Virus record (IMG/VR): IMGVR_UViG_3300042455_001086
Coordinates: 1 to 64,000 of that record
DNA length: 64,000 nucleotides
Strand: one strand, 5' to 3'
Shown here: positions 19,487 to 28,745 of the stretch, in pieces
How positions within the stretch are numbered: the stretch's first letter is position 1
How the letters are laid out: every line of letters begins with the position of its first letter
Translations under genes and position numbers: made by a program
Notes under the pieces: generated by a model
Database searches by the model: none
The model's input: the letters and a program-made list of their open reading frames with translations, nothing else
What the model was told of the DNA's origin: nothing

Positions 19487-22400
19487 CTATCTTTTACCAA
19501 ATAACCAACCATATTCCATATAATCTCTTCTTGACGGTCCGGAATTATTTCTATTAAATCTATCGTTATTAACTCCCATATTTGGTATTACAGGATCAAA
19601 ATGAATTTGTTTTCCAATATTATCATTATTTGCAACAGTCCAAGATTCAATCATTATTTTTGTTTTTTCTGTAACTTTTTCAAGTTTTGAGAATGATGAC
19701 TCACCAACATATATTGCCATTGATATACCCATTATAAGATCATCGTGTTGTCCTTTTTGGTGATCTGGCCTTCCGTTTATATAGACAAACGTATTCATCT
19801 CATTATACAAACGAACACTTCTGATTTTAAATTTATGTCTTACATATTCCTCAAATGCCGCAATAATTTGAACTCTTTTGTTATTAAAATTTATTCCTGG
19901 TATTTTATCTGCCGATGTTTTATTAACAGCCCAAATATTCATAGAATCAACACCATCAATATAAAGGTTTTTATATCCAAGTTCTTGCATTTTTCTTACA
20001 GTTGTGATTCCCATACCACCGGTGATATCCACAACACAAAATGCGTTATACATTATCCCCCATTTATACGCAATTTCAGCTAAAGCATCAGGAGGGATCT
20101 TTCCAACATATTCTAATACTTGTTCTCTTTCATCAAAATCAATAATCTGGAGTGAGGAAAAGTCCTCACTATCACCACGAGAAACATCACAGTTGTGTGT
20201 GGTAATGTGGTGACACATAAAAGTATGTGTTTCACACTCAAAGTTATACACATTTCCAGTAAATTGATTCTTATCAATATCTTTAATCCTAAAGTAAATA
20301 TATTTATTATCCTTACTAAAATGACACCCACTTATAATCCTTTTATTATTAATACTAAAATCACTTAACTCAAATCTATTTAATTTGGGGTCAAGTTTAT
20401 CATTATTCAAAATTTTAATTAAATCCAAACTATCTTGATTTGATAATGATAAACTGTATGTTTCTTTATGTTTTATAGTTTTACCCTTTATTTGTGATTG
20501 TTTTTCATTTCGTAACTTACTTAACGATGAAACAACACCAAATGAAAACAATATGTCTTGGATTGACTCCAATAGTTCCAAATTTATACTAACAAATGTT
20601 ATTTTAGAATTTACTTTACCTTTTTTTTTGGTTTTCAACCAACAACCGTCACTAGCTAAATAACCTTTTATCAATTCAATTTTATATTCTTTAGGTATAA
20701 ATTTAACCCATTCTGATATTTTTTTACCATATGAATATTTACCAAAATTTTCTAATATAAAATGATATAGAAATTTTGAATTAAACACTAATTCATAACT
20801 ATTCTGATCTTTATCAAAAAATGACGGACTTCTGTCAAATAATCTTTTTATTATATTTTTTGTTTTATCCAAATAATACAAATCTTTAGAATCAAAACAG
20901 ATATTTATTGTAAAACTATGACCAACATCATACATACAACCATCACCTAACCACATACCTATAAACCACCAAAAATCTTTATCCTTTAATGGTGATTTAA
21001 TATTAAAATCGGTTCTAATATTTTCAGAAATAACCCATTTATCCTCTAATATATTTTCAATTTCTTTATTATAAATATTCGGAGTTTTAACCCAATCACC
21101 AACCTCAACTTCCTCAACCCTTGTGTATTTAAAATTAAAATCCCAATATCTTTCATTAAAATCTAATGAATTATGTTTTTTACTATAATTACGTTTTAAA
21201 ACTGGATTACTTATTAACAACGGATGTTCTTTTGTGAATGTCGTTTTTCTAAAAGTGTTGTCGACCTTAATTGTAAAAATATCCTCATCAACGACTGGGT
21301 ATATTTGTTTATTATAAATCTTAACATATTCACCATTTTCACTAACTAACTTATCATCTAATGTAACATCTTCAATATTTTTTAACCCACAATCAGTTAA
21401 TACTTTTTCACTAGGTGGCAAACAACCTAAAATGTATTTATGTCCCGGTACTGGTTCTTTCCAAATCCAAAGAGCATTACCCATCATTTTTGTTGGAGCT
21501 TCTTGTATTGTGTTTTGTTTTATGTAATCAAGTTGTTTTCCGTCAAATACATTATCTCCAGACCCTAAAAATTCACAATTTAACTCTTGGTTAATTTTTC
21601 TTTTATCGTATTTTAATTTTTTAACCATCTTCTCATACCAAGTAGAACATGGTTTATATCCTTGTGAAAAATATTCTCTTATTTTCTCATAATCCCTATT
21701 ATATGGATCCGAGTCCTCAAATGATATATTCCCAGAATGATCTCTTTCATCTTTATTAAGTAGATAATCAACCATATCATCAGTTGGAACTAAATATAAA
21801 TCTTTTGAATATCTTGGGTCTTTCCACCAAAACATTTCAGAAATTTTAAAATTGTTAATTCCTTTATTTGCCTGATTATATATTTCATAATAAATTGGAT
21901 CATAACCGTTTGGTGTTGAAACAACAATAACTTTACCACCGGTAGATAGGGACGCCATACAAGCTGCCCAGAAATCACCATCAGCTTCGATAAACGCCGC
22001 CTCATCAAATACAAGTATTGTTGGTGTATAACCCCTCAACGCATCTCGTGATGTTGCAACAGCTTTAACTTCACAACCATTTGTTAGTTTATAGTGTCTT
22101 TGTGAGTTTTTATCAGCTGAAAATCCGGTTCCAACCCAAGAAGGCCATTGTTCTACAAAGGCTCTAATTTTATTTGCCATCTCCATTGATGTATCAAGTT
22201 TGTTGGCAATAATCAATATTTTTTCTGGTCGTTCTTTTTTTGCAAAAACCAGTCTTTTTGATATCCAAGCAGCGGTTACTGTTGATACACCAGCCTGACG
22301 ATATTTTAAAGCTATATTTTCTTCAAAATCTTCATAATCTTTAAGTAGTGATATTTGATCTGGAAATAACTCTAATGGTACATATTTGGAAACGGTATTA

Positions 22401-22492
22401 TCATATGTTTGTAAATATGTTCTTAAAGCATATGGAGTGTCTTTCATACATCTCACATACTCCAACATCACCTGTTCTTTTGTTAAACCCAT
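19487..22492 (-). CDS. Terminase large subunit (gp17-like) with an intein
   Basis: KYRQAGVST Walker A, LVFDEAAF Walker B, STPNG, QELNCEF, G|CDVSRG..DFS, HDDLIM. Confidence 0.96.
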   Translation of the reverse strand: MGLTKEQVMLEYVRCMKDTPYALRTYLQTYDNTVSKYVPLELFPDQISLLKDYEDFEENIALKYRQAGVSTVTAAWISKRLVFAKKERPEKILIIANKLDTSMEMANKIRAFVEQWPSWVGTGFSADKNSQRHYKLTNGCEVKAVATSRDALRGYTPTILVFDEAAFIEADGDFWAACMASLSTGGKVIVVSTPNGYDPIYYEIYNQANKGINNFKISEMFWWKDPRYSKDLYLVPTDDMVDYLLNKDERDHSGNISFEDSDPYNRDYEKIREYFSQGYKPCSTWYEKMVKKLKYDKRKINQELNCEFLGSGDNVFDGKQLDYIKQNTIQEAPTKMMGNALWIWKEPVPGHKYILGCLPPSEKVLTDCGLKNIEDVTLDDKLVSENGEYVKIYNKQIYPVVDEDIFTIKVDNTFRKTTFTKEHPLLISNPVLKRNYSKKHNSLDFNERYWDFNFKYTRVEEVEVGDWVKTPNIYNKEIENILEDKWVISENIRTDFNIKSPLKDKDFWWFIGMWLGDGCMYDVGHSFTINICFDSKDLYYLDKTKNIIKRLFDRSPSFFDKDQNSYELVFNSKFLYHFILENFGKYSYGKKISEWVKFIPKEYKIELIKGYLASDGCWLKTKKKGKVNSKITFVSINLELLESIQDILFSFGVVSSLSKLRNEKQSQIKGKTIKHKETYSLSLSNQDSLDLIKILNNDKLDPKLNRFELSDFSINNKRIISGCHFSKDNKYIYFRIKDIDKNQFTGNVYNFECETHTFMCHHITTHNCDVSRGDSEDFSSLQIIDFDEREQVLEYVGKIPPDALAEIAYKWGIMYNAFCVVDITGGMGITTVRKMQELGYKNLYIDGVDSMNIWAVNKTSADKIPGINFNNKRVQIIAAFEEYVRHKFKIRSVRLYNEMNTFVYINGRPDHQKGQHDDLIMGISMAIYVGESSFSKLEKVTEKTKIMIESWTVANNDNIGKQIHFDPVIPNMGVNNDRFNRNNSGPSRRDYMEYGWLFGKR
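20192..21424 (-). mobile_element. LAGLIDADG intein in the terminase nuclease domain (411 aa)
   Basis: G|CLPPSEKV..TKEHP..IGMWLGDG..IKGYLASDG..VYNFE..THN|C. Confidence 0.93.
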
Positions 22493-22570
22493 AAAGATAT
22501 TTTAATATAAATATCAAAACCCCCAAATATAATAGATGGGGGTTTAAAAATATTCTAAAATAAATAATTA

Positions 22571-22678
22571 CTAAGCCGGTACCGCTGGTTGTCGTAAAGG
22601 TATTGTAACTGTAATTATTTTATTATTAGGTAATTTAACATCAAATTTAATGTAACTATTTTCAGGTGTTGTCTTCAT
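22571..22678 (-). CDS. 35-aa small ORF ending PAVPA
   Basis: Hand-translated: MKTTPENSYIKFDVKLPNNKIITVTIPLRQPAVPA. Confidence 0.45.
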   Translation of the reverse strand: MKTTPENSYIKFDVKLPNNKIITVTIPLRQPAVPA

Positions 22679-22711
22679 TTTTTTAATTTTCTTTTATTGT
22701 TTATTTTCTAG

Positions 22712-22999
22712 TTATGCTGGTATTTGTAGTTTAAAAGCACATCCACCAGTTGGTTTTTGATCAATCACAACTTCAATATCTGAATATTCTAAAAGTCCAA
22801 GACTTCCAACTAATTCTTCATCCCTATTTGATGCTGTAATTATCACACCATATTGGTTTAATAACTGTTGTGCTGTTAATTTTTGTGAAATCTCACCATT
22901 ACCATCTATCCAATATGTTCCTACTTGAACTTGGAAACTTCCTTCAACAATTGTTGATCCTTTTGGAAGTAATATTTTTTCTGTAAAACTTTGTCCCAT
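22712..22999 (-). CDS. Hypothetical protein
   Basis: ORF track. Confidence 0.6.
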   Translation of the reverse strand: MGQSFTEKILLPKGSTIVEGSFQVQVGTYWIDGNGEISQKLTAQQLLNQYGVIITASNRDEELVGSLGLLEYSDIEVVIDQKPTGGCAFKLQIPA

Positions 23000-23033
23000 A
23001 TTTTTATTTTTTTAATTTTTATTTATTTATTTA

Positions 23034-23318
23034 CTAAGCCGGTCCTCCTACATCAGTGCGAACACCAATATGGATTAAACCATTATTATCTTCGTAGAAT
23101 GAAAAAGGTTGGTTTGATAAGTTCCCAGAATTTAAAACTGATCCATCACCATAAAATAAATTGTTTTCAATTCCATAAAGATTAATAACACCACCGCTTT
23201 GATCCCCATTCAGTTGTAATGGAATCCAAATGTTTGTAAGAGATCCTTCTTTACCAGTAACCTCATTTCCGTCAACAAAAACTTCGGTTGCTATTAGTTT
23301 ATCAATTTTTAAAGGCAT
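23034..23318 (-). CDS. Hypothetical protein
   Basis: ORF track; ATATTTAT upstream. Confidence 0.6.
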   Translation of the reverse strand: MPLKIDKLIATEVFVDGNEVTGKEGSLTNIWIPLQLNGDQSGGVINLYGIENNLFYGDGSVLNSGNLSNQPFSFYEDNNGLIHIGVRTDVGGPA

Positions 23319-23451
23319 ATTTTTTTGTTTTTTAAATTGTTTATTTACTAATAAATATTTACAATTTTATAAAATTTAATATTTTTTATTTTTTTATTAA
23401 AAATAAAAAACCCCACCGGTTGGTAGGGTTTTAATTATTCTTATATATTAC

Positions 23452-24726
23452 TTATAATCCCAATTGAGAAAGAATATCATCATCTTCTTCGTCCTCTTCT
23501 TCGTCTTCGTCATTTTCTTCTAACTCTCTTACAAGTTCATCAACCATTCTTTGTATTTTTTGTTTTCCAGATGGTTTTTCTTCTAAAATTTCCTTAAATA
23601 AGTCAAAAAATTCTTTAGCCGGCATAGCACTTATTTTACTAAAAAGATATAGTTGAATGTGTTTTTTATCTTCATCACTTAAAATGTCAATTGGATATGA
23701 TCTTTGTAATAATTCCCAAAATACTGGACCTAACTTTAAATCCCAAGCTTCAGCTGGAACTGTATCTTCAGCTGCCATAACCATTTCAGCTTGTCTTGGG
23801 TCATCTGGTAATCCTTGTGTCCCAAGTATTTCGTGAACACCTTTAATAAGTTCATGAACTAATGTCGGAAAATTAACTCCTCTTGCGATTACTGTTGGTG
23901 GATCTGTTGTATCGTCAATTTCTGATGTTCCAGCTTCACTACCTCCTTGTGCTGACATTGCGGCTAAAGTTTGTTCTGGATACAACCAGTATAAGTGGTC
24001 TATAATAGCAGTTGATAAACTATAATATTCAATTAAATCTGGGTGAATGTCATTTAATTTTTCTGAAACCAAATGATACATATATTGTCCCTTTTTTGCT
24101 GCACCACCAATAAGAGCGTTAATCATTCTTCTTTTTGCTCTCTCCATATCAAAATTATCCATAGCATCCAAAAAAGCCTCAACATCATTTTCGTGTTTTT
24201 GCGCATTTTTAAATGCTTGTGTCATGTCTTCTCGTGAAGGTTCTTCAGCTTGTCTTCTCATTCTTTCATTTGACTCACTTTGACCCATACCAACAAGTTT
24301 TGCGTCAAATTGTAATTGTCCCGAAGGAATACCCAATTCTTTTTTAACCAATTCAACGGCCATATTTTCAAGATCTTCTTTATGTTGAGATTCAATTCTT
24401 GAAGTTTGGTTGATTGCTTGTGAAACCAACATCAATAAACTCACCATAGGATTACGACTCGTAAGTTGAGAAGTTGTTCCGGTTGTTCTTTGTAGAATAG
24501 TTCTTAATTTACTAACAGTATCTTTAAACCTTTTTGAAGAAATAAGTTCAACAAAATCTCTATCCATTTTTGGCATTGCCGGATGTTTTGAATATGGAGT
24601 TTCCTTACCCAATATTTTTCTTTCAATACTTGGATCCATTCTTTCTGGACCGTCATAATCAATCGGAGCTTCTTTTAAAACTCTTTTTACAATGTTGTCA
24701 ATTTCTCTATTTGTAATATTTCTCAT
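23452..24726 (-). CDS. Conserved virion-module protein with an HExxK metalloprotease-like motif
   Basis: IVKRVLKE leader; FPTLVHELIKG..E. Confidence 0.65.
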   Translation of the reverse strand: MRNITNREIDNIVKRVLKEAPIDYDGPERMDPSIERKILGKETPYSKHPAMPKMDRDFVELISSKRFKDTVSKLRTILQRTTGTTSQLTSRNPMVSLLMLVSQAINQTSRIESQHKEDLENMAVELVKKELGIPSGQLQFDAKLVGMGQSESNERMRRQAEEPSREDMTQAFKNAQKHENDVEAFLDAMDNFDMERAKRRMINALIGGAAKKGQYMYHLVSEKLNDIHPDLIEYYSLSTAIIDHLYWLYPEQTLAAMSAQGGSEAGTSEIDDTTDPPTVIARGVNFPTLVHELIKGVHEILGTQGLPDDPRQAEMVMAAEDTVPAEAWDLKLGPVFWELLQRSYPIDILSDEDKKHIQLYLFSKISAMPAKEFFDLFKEILEEKPSGKQKIQRMVDELVRELEENDEDEEEDEEDDDILSQLGL

Positions 24727-24732
24727 TTTAAA

Positions 24733-25806
24733 TTATTTTAAATTAACTCCAAGTTTATCCCAAGTTAAGAAGTTCGGTAAAGATGATTTTCCTGCTTTTG
24801 GTGCCGGTTTATGTTTTGGTTCAAAAGGATTTTTCTTCCCTGGATTTTTTTCTTTTGTTCTTTCCTTTGTTCCCGGTTTCGTTGGTGCTATAGTTTGTTC
24901 ATTATATTCGCCTTTTCCTGCTTTTGGTGCCGGTTTATGTTTTGGTTCAAAAGGATTTTTCTTCCCTGGATTTTTTTCTTTTTTGTCTGTATCTGTATCC
25001 GGTTTTGTTCTTGTTTTTTCTTTTGTTTCTTCTGACATTTCTCCACCCATAGAGAACATTCTTCCAATTGGTTTTTTCATTTCTTTTCCTTCGTCTTGTG
25101 AAAACATACTATTTTTTTTAGGTTGTTTCAACATAAAAGACTCAGAATTTTTTCTCTCATTAACAGATTGAATTAATTTTCCTTTTGTCATCGCAGGATT
25201 GATATAATCACCTAACATCTCAACAATTCTGTTTTCCAAAAACTTCTCATAATTTTCTTTTGTTGTTTTCTTTTTAACAGTTTTTTCTGGATGTTTTTTC
25301 TCCGGCATATCTTTGTATTGTTTTTTTGATGTACTATCAGAAAATTCTTTAGCCATCTTACACCATTTTTCTTTTGTTTTTCCGGTTGAGTTATTACACT
25401 TAGCCCAGAATAACCCTTGTTGTGCTTTAGATTCAAATTTTTCATTCATTTCACCTTCAGTTGTTGGCATACCATCAGCAGTAGCATCCGGATCATTAAC
25501 AATGTCCATTGTTTCGTCTTCTGTCATTTCACCTTCAGCTTGAGTAACCACAAGTTTTCCACCTTCAAGACCAACCATTGTTTTTTTGGAAGGATCTGTT
25601 GGTGGTGGAATAGCTGCTGGTTTTCCACCTTGTAAATTAGTAATCGGTGTTGAATATTTAATCTCGGTACTTTGTTGTTTTGTCCATTGTTCGGAAACAA
25701 TGAATCTTTTAGCCAAAACTTCAATTTGTGATAAGTTCAAATTTTCAATCGTGTTTGCTTTAATACCGTTTTCCAATAACACTTTTATGTATTCTTTAGT
25801 TTTCAT
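24733..25806 (-). CDS. Hypothetical Lys/Glu-rich protein with a duplicated basic tail
   Basis: ORF track; start taken at MKTKEY. Confidence 0.7.
   Translation of the reverse strand: MKTKEYIKVLLENGIKANTIENLNLSQIEVLAKRFIVSEQWTKQQSTEIKYSTPITNLQGGKPAAIPPPTDPSKKTMVGLEGGKLVVTQAEGEMTEDETMDIVNDPDATADGMPTTEGEMNEKFESKAQQGLFWAKCNNSTGKTKEKWCKMAKEFSDSTSKKQYKDMPEKKHPEKTVKKKTTKENYEKFLENRIVEMLGDYINPAMTKGKLIQSVNERKNSESFMLKQPKKNSMFSQDEGKEMKKPIGRMFSMGGEMSEETKEKTRTKPDTDTDKKEKNPGKKNPFEPKHKPAPKAGKGEYNEQTIAPTKPGTKERTKEKNPGKKNPFEPKHKPAPKAGKSSLPNFLTWDKLGVNLK
24787..24982 (-). repeat. 70-bp direct repeat (KEKNPGKKNPFEPKHKPAPKAGK x2)
   Basis: 24787-24856 equals 24913-24982. Confidence 0.9.
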
Positions 25807-26203
25807 AAACCATTTTTTTTTCAAATTCTAAAATTATGTCTCTTTCGTACAATTTGTCTTTTACTTCCTGTTCTGTTTCACCAAATTTAAAAACCAATCT
25901 TTTAACAACAGAAAAATCAACATCATTACTTTCTTTTTCCCATCCCAAACATAAAACACCATCCATTGAATCCAAAACAGAAAAAACATCAGACTCTTGA
26001 ACCAAATCTAATGTTATATTCCCTTTATGTAATATCCCAACCTTTTTGATGTATTCAATGTCCGGTGGTGATGGGTAACCATTTGCTGGTCTTGTTTCCC
26101 AATTTTCACCCCAAACTTCAGTTGTGTCGGAAAAAATAAATTCATAAATATTCTCACCCTTATAATTAGGACCCAAACCATTTATGTAAATTAAATAATT
26201 CAT
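25796..26203 (-). CDS. Conserved hypothetical protein
   Basis: ORF track; translationally coupled to its neighbours. Confidence 0.7.
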   Translation of the reverse strand: MNYLIYINGLGPNYKGENIYEFIFSDTTEVWGENWETRPANGYPSPPDIEYIKKVGILHKGNITLDLVQESDVFSVLDSMDGVLCLGWEKESNDVDFSVVKRLVFKFGETEQEVKDKLYERDIILEFEKKMVYEN

Positions 26204-27648
26204 AGTAATTTTCCAGTAGGTGAAACTCTATAATTTTTATTTTTATTTTGGAAAATCAAATTTCCAGTTTTTGATTTTCCTAATAAATTTGATGTTGGGT
26301 ATTGCTCAATAAACTTTAAAGAAGCTCTTTCTTGTGAAATACTCTCTGAAAGATTTTTGATTCTTTTTGAAGTAAGATTTATATTTTTTTCAATTTTTTT
26401 TCTATTTTCTTCTTCTTTTACTAAAATTTCGTTTTCGTCTATTTTGAAGTAGCTTGAAATTATTTTATCAACCTTTGACTCACCGAATGTTCCGTGTGCT
26501 AAATGTCTATGTCTTTTACCGGCAGCTCCGTGTTTTGGATAATCATCACCTTCTTCCATCATTTGGTCGGCAACATTTGCTGTATAAGCACCTTTAAACT
26601 TATTTGTAAAAGCATCTGAAAGATTTTCATAACCTTCTTCTAATTCTGGTTCTATTGCTGCCTCAGCATTACCTTCTGGTGGTACTGGTGCTCCTTCTAA
26701 TCCTGGTTCTGGCATTCCACCTTCTTCACCACCCATTTCTTCACCGGCCATTTCTTCTGGATCCATCCCTTCTTCTTCACCTTCAATTTCCTCACCTTCT
26801 AATCTGTCAATAATTTCATCAACATCTTCATCATCTAAAACATCCAATTCAAGGGACGATAAAATTGAGTTGATAATATATTTTGTATCATCAGAAGTCA
26901 TTTCTTCCTCTTCTGTGTATTTTCTAATTTTTTGTGTTAATCTACCTGTAAGTTTTTGAATTGACTTAAAAGAAACCTCTTCTTTTTTATCACCTTCAGT
27001 TTCACCTTCTGGTTCTTCCATATCCATATCTGGCTCTTCCATTGGAACTTCATCACCCGCAACCATATCTGGTTCTGCTGGTGCTGCCGTAGGGTCAACT
27101 GGAGCAGGAGCCGTAGTTGCAGTCGGATCAACTGGAGCAGGAGCTGGAACGGCAGTTGGGTCAACAGCTTGTTCACCCAATTCAGCTGTAGGAGCTGTCG
27201 CACCACTTACTGGTGTTGATACTTGAGCTGGCGTTGCCTCCTTTTTATCGGAACTTGGTGTTTTTAAAAAGTATTGTTTATCCTTTTTTTTTTCGTCTTG
27301 CTCAAACAAAGAAATACCTTTTTTATTACCGTGAAGAGTGTTTAACTCTTTGGTTATAATATTCAATCTTTTTAAAGCTTCAGAATATGATCTATAATAT
27401 TTTCTTTCCTGTATTGGTTCAATATAGTCAGTTTCATTTTCATTTATCGCAGATTTGATAATATACCCCAACTTCTCTCTTACAATAGCATAAACATTTC
27501 CATCAGCAAGTTTAACGGTGTATTCTGTGTTTCTATTCTCATTTACCGGATTTGGTATGTTTTCGTTATATGTGGCAATTTCCATAATTCTACGAATTTT
27601 GTCCATCCCTTGTAACTTTTCACTTCCGATAGGTCTTAATCCTCCCAT
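26200..27648 (-). CDS. Acidic Pro/Ala-rich hypothetical protein, putative prohead core
   Basis: ORF track; VDPTA repeats. Confidence 0.7.
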   Translation of the reverse strand: MGGLRPIGSEKLQGMDKIRRIMEIATYNENIPNPVNENRNTEYTVKLADGNVYAIVREKLGYIIKSAINENETDYIEPIQERKYYRSYSEALKRLNIITKELNTLHGNKKGISLFEQDEKKKDKQYFLKTPSSDKKEATPAQVSTPVSGATAPTAELGEQAVDPTAVPAPAPVDPTATTAPAPVDPTAAPAEPDMVAGDEVPMEEPDMDMEEPEGETEGDKKEEVSFKSIQKLTGRLTQKIRKYTEEEEMTSDDTKYIINSILSSLELDVLDDEDVDEIIDRLEGEEIEGEEEGMDPEEMAGEEMGGEEGGMPEPGLEGAPVPPEGNAEAAIEPELEEGYENLSDAFTNKFKGAYTANVADQMMEEGDDYPKHGAAGKRHRHLAHGTFGESKVDKIISSYFKIDENEILVKEEENRKKIEKNINLTSKRIKNLSESISQERASLKFIEQYPTSNLLGKSKTGNLIFQNKNKNYRVSPTGKLL

Positions 27649-27724
27649 AATATAATTTTTTTAGTTAAATTATTTTTTCTTAATAAATATATCAATATTT
27701 AAGATTATTTTATTTTTTAATAAA

Positions 27725-28456
27725 TTATTGGTTCATAGATAATTTTTTATCTATAATATCACTTGTCAAATTATGTAATTTTTCAATATATCCGTTTCTC
27801 CTTAATATTTTGAATACCAAATTTTCAGTTGAGTATTCACCGTCTTTTTCTAGTCCGCAAGTTCTATACTTTTTTAATTTTTCTTTATATTTTTTTACTA
27901 GATTTTTAGCCGAATCAATATCTTCGTCTTTTAAGCTATCAATTAGTTCATCAATCATTTTCATCCATTGTTTAGATTTTTCTTTCAATAGACTTTTGTC
28001 AATTTCAACGGTCTCCTTTTTTGGTTTATTTGACCATTCGTCAAATAAGATAGAATAGACACCACTAGAAAAATGTGTCTCGGCTTCACTTTGAACATAT
28101 AGTTCAACTTCATAACCTTTAATTTTAATATCGTGTTTTTGATTAAATAACATTTTTTTCAAGTTGAATAATTTTTCATATAGTTCAACTTGGTTTTCTG
28201 GGTATTGTTGAAAGTTTGCAACAATGTGAAGATCAAAATCCGAATATTTTGACCAGTTGTAGTTTGATAGTGATCCGGTTAGAATAATATCTGTTATAAC
28301 AATATCAACATCTAAAAAATCGATAAATTCATATGCGATTTCTAATAATTTTTTTCTAATATCATTTTTAATTTTTGGTTCCTCCCCACTAATATCCCAG
28401 ACATTTGGATTTAGTTCTTTTTTTGGTTCAAAACTTTTAATTAAATCTTTTTCCAT
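27725..28456 (-). CDS. Pol-beta superfamily nucleotidyltransferase
   Basis: IILTGSLSNYNW..SDFDLHI and a downstream VELY (hGS..DhD motif). Confidence 0.75.
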   Translation of the reverse strand: MEKDLIKSFEPKKELNPNVWDISGEEPKIKNDIRKKLLEIAYEFIDFLDVDIVITDIILTGSLSNYNWSKYSDFDLHIVANFQQYPENQVELYEKLFNLKKMLFNQKHDIKIKGYEVELYVQSEAETHFSSGVYSILFDEWSNKPKKETVEIDKSLLKEKSKQWMKMIDELIDSLKDEDIDSAKNLVKKYKEKLKKYRTCGLEKDGEYSTENLVFKILRRNGYIEKLHNLTSDIIDKKLSMNQ

Positions 28457-28481
28457 TATATATAAATATACCAGAAATGAT

Positions 28482-28727
28482 TTAACTTAATTTCTTATAT
28501 TTAAAAGTTTTTGAAATATTGGTGTTAAAAAAAGAACCTTGCGATTTTGCAACTCTAAATGCTGTATATGTTTGTAGTGGAACTTCATCGTATTCGTATT
28601 TCATACCATTTTTAAATTCGGTAATCAATTTTTTTGTTTCCACATCATATTCAGTTCTAACAATATTAGATGACTCAATTTCGTTTATAATTTTTGTTCC
28701 TTTAATTTCTTCTCTTGTGATTGCCAT
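28482..28727 (-). CDS. KTSC-domain protein
   Basis: ESSNI...YD...L..EFKNG..YEY..VP...Y..F..A.S.GSFFN..I. Confidence 0.85.
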   Translation of the reverse strand: MAITREEIKGTKIINEIESSNIVRTEYDVETKKLITEFKNGMKYEYDEVPLQTYTAFRVAKSQGSFFNTNISKTFKYKKLS

Positions 28728-28745
28728 ATTTTTTTTATTTTAATT

